A stretch of DNA of 64,000 nt. Source: Bdellovibrionales bacterium (lineage in GTDB: Bacteria > Bdellovibrionota > Bdellovibrionia > Bdellovibrionales > JAKFYE01). Position numbers and translations under genes: made by a program. Shown piece after piece: positions 40,275-48,152 of the stretch. The notes under the pieces were generated by a model. It ran no database searches and had not been told where the DNA came from. It saw nothing but the letters and a program-made list of their open reading frames with translations. Every line of letters starts with the position of its first letter. Position 1 is the stretch's first letter. The stretch is taken from contig OZ220494.1 of the NCBI GenBank assembly GCA_965116215.1, positions 1,563,992 through 1,627,991 on the forward strand, written 5' to 3'.

Positions 40275-40294
40275 GCAAACTTTATACAGCTTGC
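40275..40294. promoter_or_regulatory. 20-bp near-palindrome GCAAACT-TTATAC-AGCTTGC (homologue of 38709-38728, one arm mismatch)
   Basis: Located immediately distal to the microsatellite, 314 bp upstream of the sigma-54 -24 element. Confidence 0.35.
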
Positions 40295-40424
40295 CAAATT
40301 GTTTTACAGTTTTCCATCATTTCAAAGAGTCTGCCTTTAATGGTCAGGCGTTTAGATTTTATATGTCACAAATCCCTATATCAGCTCTTTAGAGCCAAGA
40401 GTTTTTAGCTTTTACCAGACAATA

Positions 40425-40557
40425 GGGGAGGAAAGGATTTTGATCTTTCTATTAAAGCGAGTTTTTCAAAGCGCAGGGCGTATTTCGAAGAAAGACGAGC
40501 CTGCGGCCTTTGAAGCTGTTTGAGCTTGAAGGGGAAGATAAAAATCCTTTTCCTACA
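40425..40557 (+). repeat. ~135-bp palindromic (MITE/REP-like) element, copy C
   Basis: Arms GGAAAGGATTTTGATCTTTCTATTAAAGC ... GCTTGAAGGGGAAGATAAAAATCCTTTTCC. It aligns end to end with the reverse complement of 25301-25440. Confidence 0.8.
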
Positions 40558-40701
40558 GTGACTCATGCGTGAGAAAATCGCTTGTTCTATGCCCAATCAA
40601 ATCAAGCACTATTCAGTCAAGGCTTTTAAACTTTACCAAAGATAGCTTGTTTTATTCTAATGATATCAAGTTTTATCTAACTTCTATTTTTAGGTTTTTG
40701 T

Positions 40702-40765
40702 GGAGACGAGCTGCGGACCTCAGAGTTATTTGAGCTTTTGGAAGGTTTGAGAAAAAACTCTTCCT
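40702..40765 (+). repeat. Dispersed repeat module (related to the right half of the palindromic element), copy D
   Basis: ggagacgagctgcggacctcagagttatttgagcttttggaaggtttgagaaaaaactcttcct is about 87% identical to the reverse complement of 25158-25220. Confidence 0.8.
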
Positions 40766-40981
40766 AGTTATCCATCTTAACAAAGACCATAAAATCTCTG
40801 ATCGGATAATAAACTATCTATACCTTATAAAGAACTAGAGTCAGTTACACTCTATAGCAACCATAACTTAAACTGTGATGAACGAAGATAAGGGCTTTTC
40901 GAAGGGACTCTAATATAGTGATATTTTATACCTTGTTTCTTAAGAGAGTGAAAGATATAGAGGCTAATCGCTCTGGCATTG

Positions 40982-41941
40982 TTATATTTTACTTCGCTCC
41001 TTAAGACTTAAAGGATGGTGTTTTTCTAAGGTGGTGCGTAGAGAATCAAAATCTAAGTGCGTGTACTTTTCTGTTGTTTTCAATGAAGAGTGTCCAAGCA
41101 GATCCTGTATGGTACGTAGATCTGCTCCTCCACGCAGAAGATGGGTGGCGTAGCTATGCCTTAGGGCATGAGGAGAGAGGGGCCGCAAAAGTCCTGCTTG
41201 AGTGCCACAGGATCTGATAAGGGTATAGGCCTGTCGTTCAGAGAGTTTGGGGTTTAAAAGATATCCTGTTTTTTTATTAGAGGTTTTCAATTCTTCAGTG
41301 AGTATGGAAGGCAGACTAATATAGCGTTCTTTAGATCCCTTTCCTAATATGCGAAGTTTGGATTTCTCTAATATGACGTCTTTCCACTGTGAGTGACAGG
41401 CTTCGGAAACTCTTAGTCCACCGCCATAGAGAAGTAGAAAGAGCCGTCGTTTTCTAATCAAAATGTCCGACTTGGGCTGATCTTTAAACGCTTTTTTAAA
41501 ATAGTTCAAAACAGCTAACACTTCATCCAGGGAGAGGTATCGTGGGAGTTTTTCATCAACCTTTGGGAGAGTGATGGTGGTCGAGAGATCATGAACTAAA
41601 TGTCCTTCTTCAAACAAAAACCGCAAAAAACTTTTAAGGGTTGAAAATTTTCTCTGGCGTGTGGAAATAGCTAAATCTGACCAAATTTTCTTCCCCACAT
41701 CGATGAGCAGTTGACAGTTTAGATCTAAATTTTCCAATTTTTGGGACCTTTTATTTTTTTCAATATAATCGGCTAGTTGTAAAAAATCGGAAGAATAGGC
41801 CCGAAGAGTCTCAGGACTAAAGGACTTTAAATTCTCTAATGATTCCAACCAAATATCAAAATACTTGGACAGGAAAGGTTTTGGGGCTTTGTCAGAATTT
41901 CTCACTAAAATTTCCAAGATAATGCATTTTTTTACTTGCAT
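40982..41941 (-). CDS. Tyrosine site-specific recombinase, XerC/XerD family
   Basis: Catalytic signature GGGLRVSEA...HALRHSYATHLL...LLGHSSLKTTEKYTH, plus an N-terminal SAM-like domain (TLRAYSSDFLQLADYI). Confidence 0.88.
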   Translation of the reverse strand: MQVKKCIILEILVRNSDKAPKPFLSKYFDIWLESLENLKSFSPETLRAYSSDFLQLADYIEKNKRSQKLENLDLNCQLLIDVGKKIWSDLAISTRQRKFSTLKSFLRFLFEEGHLVHDLSTTITLPKVDEKLPRYLSLDEVLAVLNYFKKAFKDQPKSDILIRKRRLFLLLYGGGLRVSEACHSQWKDVILEKSKLRILGKGSKERYISLPSILTEELKTSNKKTGYLLNPKLSERQAYTLIRSCGTQAGLLRPLSPHALRHSYATHLLRGGADLRTIQDLLGHSSLKTTEKYTHLDFDSLRTTLEKHHPLSLKERSKI

Positions 41942-42080
41942 TTATTATATTCCTCCAGTAGTTTTATGCAACGTTTCAAAATGATGCATATTGTTATTTT
42001 ATGGGGGGAGGGATATAAGGACAGCCTACGGGGTGGGTAGGTTAAAAATATAAACCATCAATGAAAGATAGGCGGTACGT

Positions 42081-43157
42081 ATGTCAGAACGTGAAAGTTT
42101 TATACTCCCATCCAATAATCAGAGTTCCACATTTAGTCAAAAGGGGCAGGTCCGCAATAAAAATAAGGTGAATATCATCTATAAGTCTGAGGTGATTGAT
42201 CAGCTTTTGAAGATGATTGATCGTGTGGCCCAAAGCGATGCCAGCGTTCTCATTTTAGGAGAGTCGGGAACAGGTAAAGAACTTATAGCTAAGGCTCTTC
42301 ATGAGAAGAGCACACGAAAGTATAAACCTTTTGTGCCTATTAATTGTGGTGCTTTAAGGGAGTCGCTTTTAGAGAGTGAACTTTTTGGTCATGAAAGAGG
42401 TGCCTTTACAGGGGCCTATATGCGAAAAACAGGTTTAGCTGAAGTCGCTAATGGTGGAACATTATTTTTGGATGAAATAGGCGAACTCACTCCGGGTATT
42501 CAGGCTAAACTTTTGCGTTTTATTCAAGAGGGCGAGATTTATAGAGTGGGAGGAAAAGATCCTATCAAGGTGGATATTCGCTTGGTGAGTGCAACAAATA
42601 AAGATTTAGAATCAGAAGTTGTGCGAGGAATATTTAGGGAAGATCTTTTCTATAGAATTAATACTATTACTGCACAAGTTCCTGCTCTCAGGCGTCGAAA
42701 AGAAGATATTCCTTTACTTATCCAGCATTTCTTAACTTCAGGTTCTTATAGGTATCTCAATAGAGGACATCAGGTGAGCCCTGAAGCTATGGAGATTTTG
42801 CAGAAATATGATTGGCCGGGAAATATTCGTGAATTGCAAAACATTTGTGAACGCACACAAATATTGACAGAAGGTCACACTATTATGCCTGGAGACTTGC
42901 CTGATAGTATTAGACATCCGGATCAAAAGACTGTCATTGATGATTATGATCCGACTCTGACTCTTCATGAGCTAGAGAGACGTTATATCCTTAAGGCTTT
43001 AAGTTATTTTGAGGGTAATAAAACACGAGCGGCTCATGCTCTCGGTATTACGATCAAAACACTTTATAATAAGCTCCATGAATATGGTGAATTTGAAAAC
43101 TATGCTATTCATTCAAAACCCAAATCTTCCTCTATAAAGAAAACAGCATCAAATTAA
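42081..43157 (+). CDS. Sigma-54-dependent transcriptional activator lacking a receiver or sensor domain (AAA+ core + Fis-type HTH only)
   Basis: The AAA+ core begins about 35 aa from the N-terminus (GESGTGKELIAKALH; the sigma-54 contact loop ESELFGHERGAFTGA; WPGNIRELQN). The C-terminal HTH is NKTRAAHALGITIKTLYNKL. Confidence 0.88.
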   Translation: MSERESFILPSNNQSSTFSQKGQVRNKNKVNIIYKSEVIDQLLKMIDRVAQSDASVLILGESGTGKELIAKALHEKSTRKYKPFVPINCGALRESLLESELFGHERGAFTGAYMRKTGLAEVANGGTLFLDEIGELTPGIQAKLLRFIQEGEIYRVGGKDPIKVDIRLVSATNKDLESEVVRGIFREDLFYRINTITAQVPALRRRKEDIPLLIQHFLTSGSYRYLNRGHQVSPEAMEILQKYDWPGNIRELQNICERTQILTEGHTIMPGDLPDSIRHPDQKTVIDDYDPTLTLHELERRYILKALSYFEGNKTRAAHALGITIKTLYNKLHEYGEFENYAIHSKPKSSSIKKTASN

Positions 43158-43179
43158 GTCTCGTTTTGCAATAATAGGA

Positions 43180-44616
43180 ATGATTATGGGCTTATTATTC
43201 AGGGTAAGGGTTTTCTTACTTTTCATTGTTTGTTTTTCTTTTTCCTTATTATATGGGGCCGATGAAAAGGATTATAGAAATCTACGTCCATCTGTTGGGA
43301 TTGTTCAGTCCATTAAGGGTTATGGGACTGGTTTTTTTATAACAGAAAATTTATTTGTCACTGCCTACCATAATATTCAAGCTTCAGATAATGCGAGTAA
43401 TGAGCGATTGGGAAGAGATCCGTTGCGTGTCTATACTCTGGGGAAAAAGGATTATGGAAGAGTTCTAGTTGTTGATCCTCAAAATGATTTGGCGATTATT
43501 AAGATGCAAAGAAATGATTATAAGCCACTCAGTATAGGAAGTGATACAGATATTATTCGGGGTAAGGAAACTTTTACTATTGGTTATCCCCCCGATATTG
43601 CTTTGATCAATAGAGGAGAAAATGAAGCAGTTATAAGAGCTGTTGTGGCTCAGGGCTTTATTGGGATGAAGATGGGGAATGAAATCTTTGGTATTACAGC
43701 TTTTGCTTCAAAAGGGAGTAGTGGCTCCCCTGTTTTTTCAGAGGATTTGAAAGTCGTTGGGGTAGTTGTATTAATTACTCCAAAATCAATTTCAGGCTAT
43801 CAGACTTTTGTTACGCCGATCCATAAATTAAAGACTCTTATTGATAGAAATAAAGACCTTTTAGAAAGAGAGGGTGGAATGGGTTTTGGTCATATCTCTT
43901 CTGAGCCGTTGAAGAGGCGTGCTTTTGATGCCGATGTCAAAACAGCAGAGGATATGTTTATTTTGGGTTTAATATATAAAGAGGGTTTGAGACATAGACG
44001 GCCTAACTTTCAGAAAGCTCATTATTGGCATGAACGTGCAGCGAAGAGTGGATATAGAGATGCTGCTTTTTCCGTGGCCCAAATGTATTATACGGGCAAA
44101 GGGGTGAAAAAAGATTTTCAAAAGGCGTTTTACTGGTTTCAGGTGGCCGCAACTCATGGACATAGGGAGTCGCAATTTCATGTTGCACTTATGCACTATC
44201 GAGGGGAGGGAACAGCTCAGAACTTTTCAAAGGCCTTTGAAGGTTTTAAGAGCCTTGCAGAACAGAGGAAGTATAGAGGGGCATCAGCTCAGGTGGCGTT
44301 AATGTATTATGCGGGCAAAGGGGTAAAAAAAGATTTTCAAAAGGCATTTTACTGGTTTCAGGTGGCTGCAACCCATGGACATAGGGACTCTCAGTATAAT
44401 GTTGCACTTATGCACTATCGAGGGGAGGGAACAGCTCAGAACTTTTCAAAGGCCTTTGAAGGTTTTAAGAGCCTTGCAGAAAAGGGACATAAAATAGCGC
44501 AACATGATCTGTCTGTAATGTATGCTAGAGGAGAGGGAGTTTTAAAAAATCTTAAAAAAGCAACATATTGGTGGAAGAAGAGCAAAGGGGAAGAAGGTTC
44601 ACAGTGTTTTTATTAA
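43180..44616 (+). CDS. Secreted trypsin-like (S1) serine protease domain fused to C-terminal Sel1/SLR repeats
   Basis: Signal peptide. The catalytic triad context is VTAYHN, NDLAIIK and GSSGSPVF. There are at least 5 Sel1-type repeats (A..MY..G.GV.KD..KA..W...AA..G). The start lies 22 nt after the activator gene. Confidence 0.8.
   Translation: MIMGLLFRVRVFLLFIVCFSFSLLYGADEKDYRNLRPSVGIVQSIKGYGTGFFITENLFVTAYHNIQASDNASNERLGRDPLRVYTLGKKDYGRVLVVDPQNDLAIIKMQRNDYKPLSIGSDTDIIRGKETFTIGYPPDIALINRGENEAVIRAVVAQGFIGMKMGNEIFGITAFASKGSSGSPVFSEDLKVVGVVVLITPKSISGYQTFVTPIHKLKTLIDRNKDLLEREGGMGFGHISSEPLKRRAFDADVKTAEDMFILGLIYKEGLRHRRPNFQKAHYWHERAAKSGYRDAAFSVAQMYYTGKGVKKDFQKAFYWFQVAATHGHRESQFHVALMHYRGEGTAQNFSKAFEGFKSLAEQRKYRGASAQVALMYYAGKGVKKDFQKAFYWFQVAATHGHRDSQYNVALMHYRGEGTAQNFSKAFEGFKSLAEKGHKIAQHDLSVMYARGEGVLKNLKKATYWWKKSKGEEGSQCFY
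44083..44487 (+). repeat. Tandem 219-bp (73-aa, two Sel1 units) near-identical duplication inside the protease-Sel1 gene
   Basis: cgggcaaaggggt(g/a)aaaaaagattttcaaaaggc... recurs at 44093 and 44312. About 175 bp align with roughly 13 substitutions and no indels. Confidence 0.85.
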
Positions 44617-44659
44617 AAGCTCATAAGAGCTTAAGTCCACCTTTCTTCTTTTGCTCTTT

Positions 44660-45349
44660 TTAAGAAGTCAGTGAATGGTGTTTTTGCGACCGCTTTGAGA
44701 AATAGAATTTAGTTATTAAGGGGGATAAAGCGAGTACGGTCAATAGAGAGATAATTTTTAAGGAGATCAAGTCATCTGTAGAGTTTATTTCCTTTAATTG
44801 TGTTCCTGTGTAAACGTATAAAAAAGTTATGGGTAACATTCCAATCTGACTAATCAGGTAAAAATTTAAAGTTCGTATAGGTGTTAATCCCATAGCTACA
44901 TTCACTAGAAAAAATGGGAATATAGGAGTAAGGCGTAAGCTGAAAAGATAGAACCCTCCTTCTTTTTCTATCATTTGATAAAATGTTTTAAGTTTCTTTT
45001 TAAATTTTGATTGAACTTTTTCAAAAAGGAAAAAACGAGAGATTAAAAATGTTAAAGTGGCTGCAATGGAGCTTGAAAATGAAATTATAAGTGTTCCTTT
45101 TATAAGTCCAAAGAGTGCTCCGGCACCAATGGTTAATAGGGTAAGGATGGGTAGGCCAATGGTAGCTGATAGACCGTAAATAATAAAATATAATAAATAG
45201 GTGAATAGGGTATACTTCTTATAGTAGATGAGCAAAATCTCATATTGTGACTTTAAATCATCTAATGTCAATCCATGAAAGAGTTGTGTTTTAAAAAAAA
45301 CAAATACACTAATACATAGACATAGTGTTAATAGGACGGCTATTTTCAT
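44660..45349 (-). CDS. TVP38/TMEM64 (DedA-related, VTT-domain) membrane protein
   Basis: 229 aa, polytopic, with the family-like core GAGALFGLIKGTLI...RLTPIFPFFLVNVAMGLTPI. Confidence 0.7.
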   Translation of the reverse strand: MKIAVLLTLCLCISVFVFFKTQLFHGLTLDDLKSQYEILLIYYKKYTLFTYLLYFIIYGLSATIGLPILTLLTIGAGALFGLIKGTLIISFSSSIAATLTFLISRFFLFEKVQSKFKKKLKTFYQMIEKEGGFYLFSLRLTPIFPFFLVNVAMGLTPIRTLNFYLISQIGMLPITFLYVYTGTQLKEINSTDDLISLKIISLLTVLALSPLITKFYFSKRSQKHHSLTS

Positions 45350-45584
45350 TTACTTTTATAATATAAAACAGTATTCGATAAAAGGATATTATGGGGTTAT
45401 ACTCGGCTTCGTTTTAAATGTTTTATCAAAAGGCTGGTGCATTTTTATAAATATTCTAAACTTATGAGCAGTGTAGAAAAAGAGTCTGAAATGTAGGGAA
45501 TAATAAAAAGCTCGCATGGAGGACGTGAAGGATCATCTCTATTTGATTCATGTAGAAGTGTTAATGAGGTATAAGAGGTGAACT

Positions 45585-46688
45585 TTAAAGTGACTCATAG
45601 AAGTGGATAAGTTGCTTTGTTACATTTTCTGGAGTGAATTTTTGAGCCCAGAGATAAGACTTTTGGGCCGTTAAAGCTCTTTCTTTGGGAGAGTCGAGAA
45701 TTTCTTGTAATTGAGCAGCTAGCTCTTCTGGCCGATCGGGATCTGCATAATAGCTGTGGGGGCCAGCAACTTCTGGTAAGCAGGAATGCGAAGAGGTCAA
45801 TGTTGCTGTTTTGGAAAAATGGGCCTCTAAGATGGGGAGCCCGAAGCCTTCGGCGACACTCGGGTAGAGCAGCAGTTCGGATTTTTGGCAGAGCATGGCC
45901 ATTTGTTCAGTGGATGTGGGGGAAATAAAATGAACTCGTTTATTGAGTTCATTTTGTTTAACAAATCTTTGACACCTTTTCTTTTCAGGTCCATTGCCAA
46001 TCATTACAAAATCTATATCTGTAGCATGGGCTATGTGTTGAAAAGCAAGGAGAGCTTTCATGGGGTTTTTGCGAGGGATAAAAGATCCTACGAAGTGTAT
46101 GTAGGGTTTGGAAAGAGTAAATTGTTTGCAGGAGTGAACTATATCTTGAGATGAATATTTTTTAAGAAAAGCAGGGTGACAGCTTTGAGGGATGAGGACT
46201 ATTTTTTTTTCAGGGATGTTTAAGCAGTGAATAAGGTTTTTCTTGGTTTCTTCAGTAAAAGTTAGAATATGATGAGCATGATGAGTCGCATAACGAATCT
46301 TATAATTATATATTTGACGGTCTGTCCAAGTAAACTCTTGAGGGCGTAATAGAAAAATGAGGTCGTGAATTGTAACTACCGTTTTTACTTTCTGATGGAT
46401 TCCATATGGAATTTCATGAGTTAATCCATGGTAGAGATCTAAATTGAGCTTTGAAATATTTTGTGGGATCGAGAAACTTCTCCAGATAGAGTGAAAGGTT
46501 TTATTGACAGAACTTTGTGGCGTGATGACTTGCCCCTTTGGAGAAAAGGCTAATTTGCGCAAAGGGGTAAATAGAAAGAGCGTCCAGTGAGGACGGAAAG
46601 CCTCCACGTCTTGAATAAGAGTTCTGGAATAGTTCCCCAGTCCTGTCGTGTTACAAAAAGCTCTTTTTGCGTCGTACCCTATTCGCAT
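45585..46688 (-). CDS. Glycosyltransferase family 4 (GT-B, GT1-domain)
   Basis: C-terminal EX7E-type block (LLLYPSVAEGFGLPILEAHFSKTATLTS); 367 aa. Confidence 0.85.
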   Translation of the reverse strand: MRIGYDAKRAFCNTTGLGNYSRTLIQDVEAFRPHWTLFLFTPLRKLAFSPKGQVITPQSSVNKTFHSIWRSFSIPQNISKLNLDLYHGLTHEIPYGIHQKVKTVVTIHDLIFLLRPQEFTWTDRQIYNYKIRYATHHAHHILTFTEETKKNLIHCLNIPEKKIVLIPQSCHPAFLKKYSSQDIVHSCKQFTLSKPYIHFVGSFIPRKNPMKALLAFQHIAHATDIDFVMIGNGPEKKRCQRFVKQNELNKRVHFISPTSTEQMAMLCQKSELLLYPSVAEGFGLPILEAHFSKTATLTSSHSCLPEVAGPHSYYADPDRPEELAAQLQEILDSPKERALTAQKSYLWAQKFTPENVTKQLIHFYESL

Positions 46689-46719
46689 GAATTTATCTTA
46701 GCAGAAACTGTAGAAAATT

Positions 46720-48135
46720 CTATTCATTGGCTGCTTCATCTCTTAAATCATCATCTGCTGAACCCAGTCCATACTTATCAACTCTGTATCTCATGGATCG
46801 AAATGTAATATTTAAAAGCTTAGCAGCCTTTTTTTTGACTCCCGAGCTTTTGTGGATCGCTTTAATCAATAACTCTTTTTCAATTTGTCCAATGATCTTT
46901 TCTAGATCAATTCCCTCATTTGTAATTTCAATTTCATGACTAGAGGCTATTTTTCGTCCAGATGATGTATTGACAAAAGGGGGTAGAGACTCAGGTAATA
47001 TCACAGAGCCACCCTCAAGAGCCACTGTCCTTTCAATAATATTTTCTAATTCACGGACATTTCCCGGATATTGATAAGACTTTAATGTACTCATGGCTTC
47101 ATCAGAGATGCCGCTAATACTCTTATTCAATCGCTCATTGTATTTTTTTAAAAAATGATGAGCTAAAGTAGGGATATCTACAGATCGATTTCTCAACGGA
47201 GGTGTTTTAATTAAAATCACATTCAATCTATAATAAAGATCTTCTCTAAATTGCCCTGAGCGAACCATTTCCTCTAAGTTTCTATTTGTAGCAGCTATAA
47301 TCCTCACATTTATTTTAATATCTTCTGTTGCTCCTATTCGGCGAATAGTTCTTTCTTGAATGGCTCTGAGCAGTTTCACTTGAATATTCAGTGGAAGCTC
47401 TCCAACTTCATCGAGAAAGAGTGTGCCGCTGTTAGCAACTTCAAAGAGACCTAACTTATCGGAAACTGCACCCGTGAAAGCTCCTTTTTTATGACCAAAC
47501 ATCTCTGACTCTATAAGATTTTCAGGAATAGCCCCACAGTTAACAGTTACAAAGGGGTTTTCTTTTAAGGGACCACTGTAATGAATAGCCTTGGCTACCA
47601 TTTCTTTGCCTGTTCCACTTTCTCCAATAATTAATACATTTGTGGGAGACTGAGAAACACGTTCAATGAGATCATAAATTTTATGCATTTCATCTGAATT
47701 ACCTACTAAATTTTTGAAGCTGTATTCTTTATTTAACTCCTTCTTTAAATTTCTGTTTTCAATTTCTAGATTTTTACTTCGGAGCGCATGTTTAATATTA
47801 ATTCTGACTTCATCAATTTTAAATGGTTTTGTGATATAGTCATAGGCTCCCATTTTCATGATTTCCACGGCGGACTCTGTAGTTCCAAATGCCGTAATGA
47901 TTATAAATAGCGTGTCAGGACAATTATTTTTTACGTATTCTAAGACTTCAGTTCCCGTTAGGTTAGGCATTTGCAAATCTGATATGATCAGATCAAAGGC
48001 TCTCTTTTTTATCATATCTATTGCCACTTGACCATCTTCAGCGAGGGTGACATCATAGCCTTCTTTTTTGAGCATGATATCTAAAAATTCTCTTATGGAT
48101 TCCTCATCATCAATAACAAGAATTCGTGGCTTCAC
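46720..48135 (-). CDS. pilR: Sigma-54-dependent response regulator, PilR-like (REC + AAA+ + HTH)
   Basis: Receiver domain (ILVIDDE...DLIISDLQMP), AAA+ core (GESGTGKEMVAKAIH, GAFTGA) and a Fis-type HTH. It lies directly downstream of a PilS-like kinase in the pil cluster. Confidence 0.85.
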   Translation of the reverse strand: MKPRILVIDDEESIREFLDIMLKKEGYDVTLAEDGQVAIDMIKKRAFDLIISDLQMPNLTGTEVLEYVKNNCPDTLFIIITAFGTTESAVEIMKMGAYDYITKPFKIDEVRINIKHALRSKNLEIENRNLKKELNKEYSFKNLVGNSDEMHKIYDLIERVSQSPTNVLIIGESGTGKEMVAKAIHYSGPLKENPFVTVNCGAIPENLIESEMFGHKKGAFTGAVSDKLGLFEVANSGTLFLDEVGELPLNIQVKLLRAIQERTIRRIGATEDIKINVRIIAATNRNLEEMVRSGQFREDLYYRLNVILIKTPPLRNRSVDIPTLAHHFLKKYNERLNKSISGISDEAMSTLKSYQYPGNVRELENIIERTVALEGGSVILPESLPPFVNTSSGRKIASSHEIEITNEGIDLEKIIGQIEKELLIKAIHKSSGVKKKAAKLLNITFRSMRYRVDKYGLGSADDDLRDEAANE

Positions 48136-48152
48136 TAAGCACTCCCTTCCCT

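Noticed and set aside
39973-40392. A 139-aa plus-strand ORF (KQNKT repeats) and three minus-strand ORFs (FCFVL repeats) running through 39981-40297
   Set aside because: They exist only because (AAAAC)n has no stop codon in any frame. They lack ribosome-binding sites and non-repeat domains, and the tract length (235 bp) is not a multiple of three.
44083-44487. Diversity-generating retroelement (template/variable repeat pair) in the Sel1 gene
   Set aside because: The substitutions are not adenine-specific, both copies are in the same ORF, and no reverse transcriptase is nearby. This is an ordinary tandem duplication.
44617-44659. Short hairpin AAGCTC-ATAA-GAGCTT between the convergent genes at 44616 and 44660 as a bidirectional terminator
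   Set aside because: The stem is only 6 bp, with no clear U-tract on either strand, so it is too weak to call.
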